Shown here: positions 49,277-57,606 of the stretch, one piece after another
Layout of the letters: the number at the start of each line of letters is the position of its first letter
Numbering within the stretch: the first letter of the stretch is position 1
Assembly: GCA_040902805.1 (NCBI GenBank)
Contig: JBBDWQ010000026.1
Span: forward strand, 4,392 to 68,391
Direction of reading: 5' to 3'
Source: Acidimicrobiales bacterium
Lineage (GTDB): Bacteria; Actinomycetota; Acidimicrobiia; Acidimicrobiales; VFJN01
Length of the DNA stretch: 64,000 nt
The notes under the pieces: generated by a model
The model's input: the letters and a program-made list of their open reading frames with translations, nothing else
Databases searched by the model: none
Told to the model about the DNA's origin: nothing
Translations under genes and position numbers: made by a program

Positions 49277-50332
49277 ATGACGACCGTCCCGTTCGCTCCC
49301 GAGGCGATCACTGCGGCGTGGCTCAGCGAGTCCGTCGACGCCAAGGTCCGCAGCTTCGAGATGGAGCAGATCGGCATCGGCGTCGGGCTTCTCGGTCGGC
49401 TGTACCGGATCGTGCTCGATGCCGATGGCGGTCCCGAATCCGTCGTCGCCAAGTTTCCGACGCTGGACGCTGGGGCTAGGAGCAATGTCGTCGAACCCCT
49501 GAACTTCTACGAGAAGGAGGTGGCGTTCTATCGGGAGGCGAGCTCCAAGACGCCGATCCGCACGCCGGGTATGTACGCCGCCGAGTTCGACGAGGAGACC
49601 GGCGACTTCGTCCTGCTCATCGAGGACCTCAACGGCATGCGCGTCGAGGACCAGACCGCCGGTGCCAGTGTGGCCGCCGCCGAGTCCGTGGTGGACATGA
49701 TCGCGGGTCATCATCTCGCCTTCTGGGGCGTCGACACGCTCGATCAGTTCCCGTGGCTCCCCGACGTCACCGAGCCGCCGTTTCCGCAGATCATCGCCGG
49801 GATGGTTGCTCAGTCGCTTCCGAGGTTCGCGGCAGCGTTCGACAGCACGCTCGACACCGACATCCGCGAGTTCATCCACGCGCTGCCGGACACGCTGCTC
49901 GCGTACTTCGAGCTCCCGGTCGAGAGCGAGCTGACCTACGCCCACGGCGACGTTCGGCTCGACAACGTGTTCTTCCCCGAGGTCGGCGAGCCCTACCTGA
50001 TCGACTGGCAGATCGGTACCCGCACCACCGGCGCGTACGACTTGGCGTACTTCGTGAGCCAATCGCTCAGCACGGAGACCCGGCGGGCGAACGAGCAGCG
50101 GCTGCGCGACCGCTATCTCGCCAAGCTCGCGTCGGGAGGTGTCACGTATGACCAAGACGTGTTCGACCTTGCCTATCGCCAGACCGTCGCCTTCTGCATT
50201 GTGTACCCCGTGAGCTCGGCTGGTCAGATCGAGCTGGAGAACGACCGAGCCCGCGAGCTCGTCGCCGGCATGCTCGGCCGGTGCGTCGCCGCGATCCGCG
50301 ACAACGACGCGCTCGCCGTCTGGCCGTCATAG
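49277..50332 (+). CDS. APH/EcKinase-like phosphotransferase (paralog 2)
   Basis: EVAFY, LIEDL, HGDVRLDN, IDWQ. Confidence 0.88.
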   Translation: MTTVPFAPEAITAAWLSESVDAKVRSFEMEQIGIGVGLLGRLYRIVLDADGGPESVVAKFPTLDAGARSNVVEPLNFYEKEVAFYREASSKTPIRTPGMYAAEFDEETGDFVLLIEDLNGMRVEDQTAGASVAAAESVVDMIAGHHLAFWGVDTLDQFPWLPDVTEPPFPQIIAGMVAQSLPRFAAAFDSTLDTDIREFIHALPDTLLAYFELPVESELTYAHGDVRLDNVFFPEVGEPYLIDWQIGTRTTGAYDLAYFVSQSLSTETRRANEQRLRDRYLAKLASGGVTYDQDVFDLAYRQTVAFCIVYPVSSAGQIELENDRARELVAGMLGRCVAAIRDNDALAVWPS

Positions 50333-50356
50333 TCGTCTGGCCGTCATAGTCGTCTG
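50317..50356. repeat. 17-bp tandem duplication spanning the stop codon
   Basis: CGTCTGGCCGTCATAGT x2 + CGTCTG. Confidence 0.85.
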
Positions 50357-50366
50357 CCTCGCTACT

Positions 50367-50385
50367 ATCTGACGGGTCGTCAGGT
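50367..50385. promoter_or_regulatory. Operator family B, copy 3
   Basis: ATCTGAC GGGTC GTCAGGT upstream of the acyl-CoA ligase. Confidence 0.8.
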
Positions 50386-50405
50386 CTGGAGAGGGAGTCG
50401 ATCGC

Positions 50406-51956
50406 ATGCCGAACGTGGATGGTGGGAGCCTCTGGGAGCTCGTCGAGCGCCGCGCGGCGGCGACGCCCGATGCACTGGCCGCCGTCGATGAGGACGGACG
50501 CACGCTGACCTGGGCGGAGGCCAAGACGCAAGCAGAGCAAGCCGCCGCGGGACTGACTCGCCTCGGCATCGGTCCGGGCGACGTCGTGTCGTGGCAGCTG
50601 CCCACATGGCTCGAGTCGAAGCTGCTCGTGCTGGCGCTGGCCCGACTCGGCGCGATCCAGAACCCGATGCTTCACATCTACCGCGAGCGCGAGGTCGGCT
50701 TCGTCGTGCGGCAAGCCAAGAGCAAGCTCCTCGTGGTGCCGTCCACGTGGGGCGGGTTCGACTTCGAGGCCATGGCGCGGGGCATCGCGACCCAGGTCGA
50801 GGCCGAAGGCGGCAAGCTGCAGGTGCTCGTCGCAGACAAGACGCTGCCGCAGGGCGACCCCTCGACGCTGCCCCCGCCGCCGGATCCCAGTGAGGACATG
50901 ATTCGCTGGTACTTCTACACGTCCGGCACGACTGCGGATCCCAAGGGTGCGCAGCACACCGACCGCACGATCCTGGCCAGCGCCCTCGGCATGAACGAGT
51001 GCCTCGCGGTCACTTCCGAAGACAAGAACGCTGTGGTGTTCCCCTTCACCCACATCGGCGGCATCGGTTGGCTGTTCTCCGCCCTCGCCGTCGGGTTCGC
51101 CACCGTGTACATCGAGCGCTTCGACCCGGCCCGCACCACTGCGCTCATCAAGGAGCACGACGTGACGATGGCGGGCGCGGGCACGCCGTTCCACATGGCA
51201 TACCTCGCCGCGCAGCGCGCCCTTCCCGCTGGGGAGGTGCTGTTCCCGAACGTGCGGGTGTACTGCGGTGGTGGCGCACCGAAGCCGCCACAGCTCCACT
51301 ACGACATCAAGGCCGAGATGGGCGGGGTCGGCGTGGTGTCGGGCTACGGCCTCACCGAGGCGCCGATCATCGCGATGGGCACGGTCCACGACACCGACGA
51401 ACAGCTCGCCAACACCGAAGGCAAGGCCACCAGCGGCGTGCAGCTGCGGGCCGTCACGCTCGAGGGCAAGGAAGCTGGCATCGGCGAGGAAGGCGAGATC
51501 CGAGCCAAGGCCCCCCAGCTCATGAAGGGCTACCTCGACTCCTCGCTAGACGGCGAGGCCTTCGACGACGACGGCTGGTTCGGTACTGGCGACCTCGGTC
51601 GCATCGATGCCGAGGGCATGGTCACCATCACCGGTCGGGTGAAGGACATCATCATCCGCAACATGGAGAACGTCTCGGCCAAGGAGGTCGAGGACGTCCT
51701 CTTCCGCAGCCCCGACGTGGCCGACGCCGCGGTGATCGGTGTCCCCGATCCGAAGACCGGTGAGCGCGTGTGCGCGGTCGTCGTTCCCGCTGATTCGGCC
51801 AACCCGATCACGTTCGAGGCCATGGTCGCCTGGTGCAAGGCCGAAGGCTTGATGACCCAGAAGCTCCCCGAGCGCCTGGAGATCGTCGATGCGCTTCCCC
51901 GTAATCCCACCGGCAAGGTCCTCAAGTTCGAGCTGCGAGACCGCTTCGGCGGTTGA
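50406..51956 (+). CDS. Acyl-CoA ligase (cyclohexanecarboxylate-CoA ligase-like)
   Basis: YTSGTTADPKG, GYGLTE, TGDLG, NPTGKV. Confidence 0.9.
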   Translation: MPNVDGGSLWELVERRAAATPDALAAVDEDGRTLTWAEAKTQAEQAAAGLTRLGIGPGDVVSWQLPTWLESKLLVLALARLGAIQNPMLHIYREREVGFVVRQAKSKLLVVPSTWGGFDFEAMARGIATQVEAEGGKLQVLVADKTLPQGDPSTLPPPPDPSEDMIRWYFYTSGTTADPKGAQHTDRTILASALGMNECLAVTSEDKNAVVFPFTHIGGIGWLFSALAVGFATVYIERFDPARTTALIKEHDVTMAGAGTPFHMAYLAAQRALPAGEVLFPNVRVYCGGGAPKPPQLHYDIKAEMGGVGVVSGYGLTEAPIIAMGTVHDTDEQLANTEGKATSGVQLRAVTLEGKEAGIGEEGEIRAKAPQLMKGYLDSSLDGEAFDDDGWFGTGDLGRIDAEGMVTITGRVKDIIIRNMENVSAKEVEDVLFRSPDVADAAVIGVPDPKTGERVCAVVVPADSANPITFEAMVAWCKAEGLMTQKLPERLEIVDALPRNPTGKVLKFELRDRFGG

Positions 51957-51987
51957 CCCCTCCCCTCAACGAGAAAGACACTTCGAC

Positions 51988-52902
51988 ATGGCACTCCTCA
52001 CTGACAAGGTCGCGATCGTCACGGGCGCTGGGCACGGCATCGGCCGCGCCCACGCCCTCGAGCTCGCCAAGCACGGCGCCAGCGTGGTGGTCAACGACCT
52101 CGGCACCTCGGTCACTGGCGACGGGTCCGACCAGAAGGCCGCTGATCTGACCGTCGCGCTGATCACCGAGCGCGGCGGCGCGGCCGTCGCCAACTACGAC
52201 GATGTGTCCGACTACGAAGGCGCCGGTCGCATGGTCGCACTGGCGGTCGACACCTACGGCAAGCTCGATGTGCTCGTGAACAACGCTGGCATCGTGCGCG
52301 ACACGGCCATCTGGAACATGTCGGAGGCCGACTTCGATTCGGTCATCAAGGTGCACCTGAAGGGTTCATGGGCGCCCGCCCACCACGCGGCGCGCCACTG
52401 GCGCGACCGAGCCAAGACGGGTGAGGTCTTCACTGGCCGCGTGATCAACACCACCTCGGGTGCAGGACTCGTCGGCAACTTCGGGCAGACCAACTACGCC
52501 ACCGCCAAGGCCGGCATCGCCGGGTTCACCCAGACGCTGTCGCTCGAGCTGCACAAGCTGGGCGTCACCGTCAATGCCGTCGGTCCCGCGGCGGCCACCC
52601 GCATCACCGGCACCATGCCCGGCGCCCCCGCCGTCATCGAGGCCGACGAGGTGCCGGACGACGAGTGGAACCGGATGGATCCGGCGGTGTCGTCGCCGCT
52701 CGTGGCCTGGCTCGCCAGCGACGAGAGCCAGCACATCACCGGTCAGGTGATTCGCGCCGTCGCGGAGGACATCGTCTGGATGCAGGGTTGGAGCGAGGGA
52801 GCCAAGATCTCCAACGGCGCCAAGCGCTGGGATGCCACCAAGCTCGGTCAGCAGCTCGCCACCGACGTCTTCAAGACCCGCGCCCCCGGCCTCCGGTACT
52901 AG
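51988..52902 (+). CDS. SDR (17beta-HSD4 / 3-hydroxyacyl-CoA dehydrogenase-like)
   Basis: TGAGHGIG, VVVNDLG, NNAGI, GNFGQTNYATAK. Confidence 0.92.
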   Translation: MALLTDKVAIVTGAGHGIGRAHALELAKHGASVVVNDLGTSVTGDGSDQKAADLTVALITERGGAAVANYDDVSDYEGAGRMVALAVDTYGKLDVLVNNAGIVRDTAIWNMSEADFDSVIKVHLKGSWAPAHHAARHWRDRAKTGEVFTGRVINTTSGAGLVGNFGQTNYATAKAGIAGFTQTLSLELHKLGVTVNAVGPAAATRITGTMPGAPAVIEADEVPDDEWNRMDPAVSSPLVAWLASDESQHITGQVIRAVAEDIVWMQGWSEGAKISNGAKRWDATKLGQQLATDVFKTRAPGLRY

Positions 52903-52915
52903 GGATACCCCCAGC

Positions 52916-52976
52916 AACCAACGTCTGTGAACACCCACGTCCGCATACCGGTGAAAACGCTTCACAGACGTTGGTT
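52916..52976. repeat. ~62-bp palindromic intergenic repeat, copy 2
   Basis: AACCAACGTCTGTGAA...TTCACAGACGTTGGTT, 16-bp perfect inverted repeat. Confidence 0.85.
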
Positions 52977-52979
52977 GGT

Positions 52980-53726
52980 ATGGCTGGGTTAGGGGTCCTT
53001 GTGGGGCCTGGGGTGGTTCGTGACGGCTGCGTTGACGGGGTGCGGGCCTTTGCGGCGCGGGTCGGCTGCGGGGTGGTCAACACGTGGGGGGCCAAGGGGG
53101 TGTTCCGTTGGGATGACCCGTTGCACTTCGGCACTGCAGGTCTGCAGGCGCTCGACTTCGAGCTGGCCGGGTTGGGTGACGTCGACGTGCTGGTGACGAG
53201 TGGACTCGATCCGAACGAGGTGACGTCGCAGCCGTGGCTCGGCCGCGCCGCCGTGATCGACGTGGCGCCGGCCGACCTGGCCACGGTCGAGCTGGACCTG
53301 CCGCCCGGCACCATTGAGCGACCACGGCTCTACACCGATCTGGCCGCGGTGGTGGGCCCGATGTACGAGCAGGCGGGCTCGGCGGCGGGGCGGGCGGCAG
53401 CGCTGGCCGCGGCGCTCCCGAAGGACGGGGTGGTCGTGGCCGAACCTGGGTTGGTGGGCTTCTGGATCGCTCGGACCTTCCCGACGGCGGTTCCGGGCAG
53501 CGTGGTCGTGCCGGCCAGCGGTGGCGCTCCGGCGGCCCACCACGCGGCCAAGGAGCTGGCGGCGACGGGCCATGAGGTGGTGCTGGTCGCCGCGGCGCCG
53601 CCACCGATCGACTTGCACGGCGACCTGCACGGGATCCGCGTCGAGGTCTGGCGAGCGGACGCGGTCGACCTCGACCCGAGCCCGCTGGTGGCGATCGCCG
53701 GGGCGATCGTGGCGTGGGCCAGCTAG
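52980..53726 (+). CDS. TPP-enzyme central-domain-like protein lacking the N-terminal domain
   Basis: LVGPGV...VVNTWGAKGVF.WDDPLHFG...DVLVTSGLDP.E resembles the acetolactate synthase middle domain. Confidence 0.6.
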   Translation: MAGLGVLVGPGVVRDGCVDGVRAFAARVGCGVVNTWGAKGVFRWDDPLHFGTAGLQALDFELAGLGDVDVLVTSGLDPNEVTSQPWLGRAAVIDVAPADLATVELDLPPGTIERPRLYTDLAAVVGPMYEQAGSAAGRAAALAAALPKDGVVVAEPGLVGFWIARTFPTAVPGSVVVPASGGAPAAHHAAKELAATGHEVVLVAAAPPPIDLHGDLHGIRVEVWRADAVDLDPSPLVAIAGAIVAWAS

Positions 53727-53757
53727 CGCCAGCCGAAGCAGCTAGCGCCAGCCGAAG
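53720..53757. repeat. 19-bp tandem duplication between convergent stops
   Basis: CAGCTAGCGCCAGCCGAAG x2. Confidence 0.85.
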
Positions 53758-54362
53758 GAGCGGGTGCAGGCGGGCCAGTGACGCCAGCCGCCCTGGGCGT
53801 GGAGGCGCTTGCCCATCTCGATCTGCGTCTCGCGGCTCGCCTCGTGCGGGTAGCCGGTGCCACCCACTCCCCGCCAGGAGCTCAGCGAGAACTGGATGCC
53901 GCCGTAGTAGCCGTTGCCGGTGTTGATGGCCCAGTTGCCGCCTGACTCGCACTGGGCGAGCCGGTCCCAGCTGGCTGGGTCGTTGGGGTCACCGGCACGG
54001 GCCTGGGCGGGGGCAGGGGCAGGGGTTGGCGGAGCCGGGGCGACGGGGGTGGGGGTAGCGGGAGCGACCGTTGTGGCGGGTGGGGGCACGGTGGTCGTGG
54101 TGGGAGCGACGGTCGTGGTGGCGTCGATGTCGGCGGGGGTCGCAACGGAGTCGGAGGCGGCGACGATTCGGTCGGAGCTGCGCTCGGCGCTGGCCTGTTG
54201 CGCAGGGGCCTCGTCGGCGGTGGCGTTGTTGGCGAACGCTGCGATGGCGACCACGAGGACGACGGGTAGGGCCACGGCCAGGACGGCTGCGGCGCTCGTC
54301 GTGACGGCCCGTCGTGCGATGCACGGCGAGCCGTTCGTACTCGGGGGGTTGCTCCCAGACAT
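53742..54362 (-). CDS. rpf: Resuscitation-promoting factor (Rpf transglycosylase)
   Basis: WDRLAQCESGGNWAINTGNGYYGGIQF...WPAC; TM + Pro/Thr/Ala linker; AAGGAG RBS. Confidence 0.93.
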   Translation of the reverse strand: MSGSNPPSTNGSPCIARRAVTTSAAAVLAVALPVVLVVAIAAFANNATADEAPAQQASAERSSDRIVAASDSVATPADIDATTTVAPTTTTVPPPATTVAPATPTPVAPAPPTPAPAPAQARAGDPNDPASWDRLAQCESGGNWAINTGNGYYGGIQFSLSSWRGVGGTGYPHEASRETQIEMGKRLHAQGGWRHWPACTRSFGWR

Positions 54363-54519
54363 GTGGGGGGTGCTCCTTGGGGGGAGGGGCCGGGGCGCGC
54401 GTCGATTGGGAAGGGAAGATCGACGGATCACTGCGCCCCAGCGGCGGGCCGCGCATCGGGCGGCTGGTGAGTTACGAAATGGTAACCTGAACTCGACACG
54501 AGAATGCAACATTCAGTCG

Positions 54520-54535
54520 TGTGATTTACGCCACA
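54520..54535. promoter_or_regulatory. Putative CRP/GlxR site upstream of rpf
   Basis: TGTGA-TTTACG-CCACA vs TGTGA-N6-TCACA (1 mismatch). Confidence 0.55.
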
Positions 54536-54647
54536 GCCCCTGTTTCTGACTCAGCGTCAGCTATCGGGTGTCAAATTGGCGGCCGCAAATCCCCAAGATC
54601 TGGGGTCTCAGCCCCGTTGGGCCGCCCCCGACCACTCTTCGTGGTGT

Positions 54648-56867
54648 TCAGCGACTTCGGGGCAGACCCAGACCGCGGCCGGCAATGATCTCCCGTTGGA
54701 CCTCACTCGACCCGCCGTAGATGGTTGTGACGACAGCGTGTCGGAAGGCGTGCTCCACCAGTCCGCCGAGCGGTTCGCCGGTCGTGCCCCCGCCGAGAAG
54801 GCCCGCGGTGCCGAGGAGATCGACGAGGTCGCTGGAGGCCTTCACGAAGGCCTCGGTGATGTGGAGCTTGGCCATCGACCCCTCCACCTGGGGCATCTGG
54901 CCCTGCGCGGACAGCCACGCGGAGCGGAGCAGCAGGAGACGACCAACTTCGAGCTCGGTGCTCCAACGGGCCAGCGTGGCCCGGACGATCGGGTCGTCGA
55001 ACGGCCGGGCCCCATGGGCATCCGGCTGCACCGCCCACGCCGCCATCGCCTCCACCAGCGCGTCGGGCTCCCCCCAGTTGGCGGAGTTGCGCTCGTAGAC
55101 CAGCGCCGCATGCATGACCGACCATCCGGCGTCGACCTCGCCGACGCGGCAGGAATCGTGCACCCGCACGTCGCCGTAGAAGGTGATGTTGGTGCGCTCG
55201 CCACCCATCGTGGCGACGGGGTTGACCTCGATGCCCGGTGTGTCCATCGGCACGAGGAACATGGTCAGGCCCTTGTGCTTGGGGGCATCGAGGTTGGTGC
55301 GGCACAGGAGGAAGACGTAGTGCGCCTCGTGCGCCATCGTCGTGAACATCTTCTGCCCGTTGATCACCCAGTCCTCGCCATCTCGCACGGCGCGGGTGGC
55401 CACGGCGGCGACATCTGACCCAGCATCGGGTTCGCTGTAGCCAAGGCAGCACATGACCTCGCCAGCGAGGATGCGTGGGAGCACATCCGCCTTCTGCGCG
55501 TCGGTCCCACACACCAGGAGGGTGGAGCCGACCATCGAGACGATGTTCAGACCGTCGATCGGCGCTCCCGACGCGTAGAGCTCCTGCATGAGCAGCGTCT
55601 GGTCGATGGCGTCACGCCCGAGGCCGCCGAACTCCCGGGGCCAGCCCGAGGCCAGGTAGCCGCGCTCGCAGAGCGCCCGGTGGAAGCCCCAATCGTGCAT
55701 GGTGCCCGTCACATGCGCCCGCTCGACGATCTCGGGAGTGAGGTGCTCAACGATGAAGGCCCGCACCTCGGCGCGGAAGGCCTCCGTCTCGGCGTCGAAC
55801 CGGAAGTCCATGCCCGGTCGGGTCGGGCGCGCCGTTCGCGCCGCCACGACCACCAACGGATCGGGGGCGGCGTCACCCCAGCGGCGGTCGGCGACGACAT
55901 CGAGCTCACGACGGGGATCGCCGAGCAGCAGACGGGTGGCTTTCGCCCGACGGACGTGGAGCTGCACGTCGTACTCGACCATGAAGCCGTACCCGCCGTG
56001 CACGTGCAGGCTGAACGCGGCCGCTTCGTCGGCCACCATCCCGCAGTACCACGACGCTTGCGCGGCAAGCATCGGTGCGGTGGGCTCGCCCTCGTCGAGG
56101 GCCCAGATCGCCTCGTAGGCGAGGAGTCGGGCTCCCTCGACGCGTTCGTGCAGGTCGGCGAAGCGGTGCTGGATCGTCTGGAAGCTGGCGATCGGCACGC
56201 CGAACTGGTGGCGGTCGAGCGCGTACTGCACGCCGAGATCCAGGGTGGCTCGCGCCAGCCCCGCCTGGGCTACCGCCGTGAGGGCGCGCCACTCGTCGAG
56301 GGCGCGATCGAATCGGCTTATGGCCTCAGCTCCGATGGCGAGGGTGTCGCCGCCGTCGCGGCCAACTGGGGCGATGGCCAGTCCGGCCAGGGTCGATCGC
56401 AGCGGTCCCCGACGTTCGGTCATGCAGACGAGGTGATCGCCGTCCAGGGCAAGGATCCTGGTGGCAACGGCGGCGAACGCGGTGGGCGTGGTGGTGTCCC
56501 CGGTGGCGAGACGCAGGGTGGTCGGCTGTCCCGTGACGATGGAGGCAAGGGCCGACTCGGCCGGGACGCCGGGAAGGCGCGCGACGAGTCGGGCCGCCAC
56601 CGCCGTCTCCACCAGGGGGACCAGCCCGCAGTGGGCACCGTGCACTTCGACCGCGACGGCGAGGTCGGTGAGCGAGGCGCCAGCGCCGCCGATGGCCTCG
56701 GGAAGCGCCATCGCCGGAAGGCCCATCTCCACCACTGCGACCCACAGCGCCGGATCGAAGCCTGCTGACTCGAGCTCCCGCACCCGTTCGCCATGGGATT
56801 CCTTGGCGTAGAGCCGGAGCGCCGCGTCTCGCAGCGCCTCTTGATCAGGGGTGAAGGAGAGGTCCAT
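54648..56867 (-). CDS. Fused double-domain acyl-CoA dehydrogenase (FadE34-like architecture)
   Basis: Two ACAD units (MDLSFT..RHQFG..HGGYG; MDFRF..YSEPDAGSD..NGQKMFT..TIYGGSSEVQR). Confidence 0.92.
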   Translation of the reverse strand: MDLSFTPDQEALRDAALRLYAKESHGERVRELESAGFDPALWVAVVEMGLPAMALPEAIGGAGASLTDLAVAVEVHGAHCGLVPLVETAVAARLVARLPGVPAESALASIVTGQPTTLRLATGDTTTPTAFAAVATRILALDGDHLVCMTERRGPLRSTLAGLAIAPVGRDGGDTLAIGAEAISRFDRALDEWRALTAVAQAGLARATLDLGVQYALDRHQFGVPIASFQTIQHRFADLHERVEGARLLAYEAIWALDEGEPTAPMLAAQASWYCGMVADEAAAFSLHVHGGYGFMVEYDVQLHVRRAKATRLLLGDPRRELDVVADRRWGDAAPDPLVVVAARTARPTRPGMDFRFDAETEAFRAEVRAFIVEHLTPEIVERAHVTGTMHDWGFHRALCERGYLASGWPREFGGLGRDAIDQTLLMQELYASGAPIDGLNIVSMVGSTLLVCGTDAQKADVLPRILAGEVMCCLGYSEPDAGSDVAAVATRAVRDGEDWVINGQKMFTTMAHEAHYVFLLCRTNLDAPKHKGLTMFLVPMDTPGIEVNPVATMGGERTNITFYGDVRVHDSCRVGEVDAGWSVMHAALVYERNSANWGEPDALVEAMAAWAVQPDAHGARPFDDPIVRATLARWSTELEVGRLLLLRSAWLSAQGQMPQVEGSMAKLHITEAFVKASSDLVDLLGTAGLLGGGTTGEPLGGLVEHAFRHAVVTTIYGGSSEVQREIIAGRGLGLPRSR

Positions 56868-56885
56868 GCGGTCCTGTCGCGCTCA

Positions 56886-56906
56886 TATCTGACGGGTCGT
56901 CAGATA
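56886..56906. promoter_or_regulatory. Operator family B, copy 4 (perfect)
   Basis: TATCTGAC GGGTC GTCAGATA in divergent promoter. Confidence 0.85.
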
Positions 56907-56928
56907 GTGTGCCATCATCCCTCGCGCC

Positions 56929-57606
56929 ATGGCAGATCAGCTCTTCCTGCATGAAGTCATCGACATCGTGGGTCGAGGTGGTCGGGCCTACATGGAGCAC
57001 ACCGTGGCGTTCGACGCGGGCGCAGCGGCGGGTCGCGGCCTCGTGCTGGTGGGAACCTGGGAGGTCGTTGGCACGACCGGGCGCTGGCCACAGGTGGTCA
57101 ACGTGTGGGAGATCGACGGCTGGGATGGTTGGGCGCGCCTCGGCCAGCGCACCAACGTCGACAAGGCCGCCAACACCGAGCTGGCAGAGTGGTGGGACGA
57201 GGCCTACAAGCGGCGCACCGGTGGGTTCGATCGGCTCCTGCGGGGGGCACCGGGATGTCCCAGCCTCGCCTCGCTGAGCGCCGACGCCGTTCGCGGATCG
57301 TGGTTCGTCCACGAGCTGTCCGAGGTACGGCCCGGCGCCGGACCCGACTACCTGGCCGCCACGTTGGCAGAGCGCGTCCCGGCGATGGCTGAACGCGGCA
57401 TCGCGCTCGTGGGCCTCTACGACAGCGTCTTGAACGACAGCGAGGTCTGCACGATCTGGTCCACCGACCTTGACGCCCACACGCAGCTCATGCGTGACGG
57501 CGACCCCTGGCCGGCGACCGCACGGCAGTGGTGCACCCGGTGGCGCGAAGAGCTCATGACCCCCGGACCTCGTTCCCCCCTGGCTCCTCTGGAGGACCCA
57601 CAGTGA
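56929..57606 (+). CDS. NIPSNAP-like tandem barrel protein
   Basis: Two repeats of HE....GA..Y...G..LVG...V..W. Confidence 0.7.
   Translation: MADQLFLHEVIDIVGRGGRAYMEHTVAFDAGAAAGRGLVLVGTWEVVGTTGRWPQVVNVWEIDGWDGWARLGQRTNVDKAANTELAEWWDEAYKRRTGGFDRLLRGAPGCPSLASLSADAVRGSWFVHELSEVRPGAGPDYLAATLAERVPAMAERGIALVGLYDSVLNDSEVCTIWSTDLDAHTQLMRDGDPWPATARQWCTRWREELMTPGPRSPLAPLEDPQ

Noticed and set aside
9288..53757. CRISPR array
   Set aside because: Repeats are dispersed or have only two copies without spacers; no cas genes
54000..54125. G-rich repetitive tract (G-quadruplex-like)
   Set aside because: Explained by the Pro/Thr/Ala linker codons of Rpf on the minus strand
54363..54560. c-di-AMP (ydaO) riboswitch upstream of rpf
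   Set aside because: Hallmark GGAAC and CCCGUCAGCUAAC elements were not found on the coding strand; a GTCAGCTA occurs only on the opposite strand. An Infernal search is needed to exclude it fully
54591..54605. Terminator hairpin CCCCA-AGATC-TGGGG after the ACAD gene
   Set aside because: Stem is only 5 bp with a weak U tract; insufficient support
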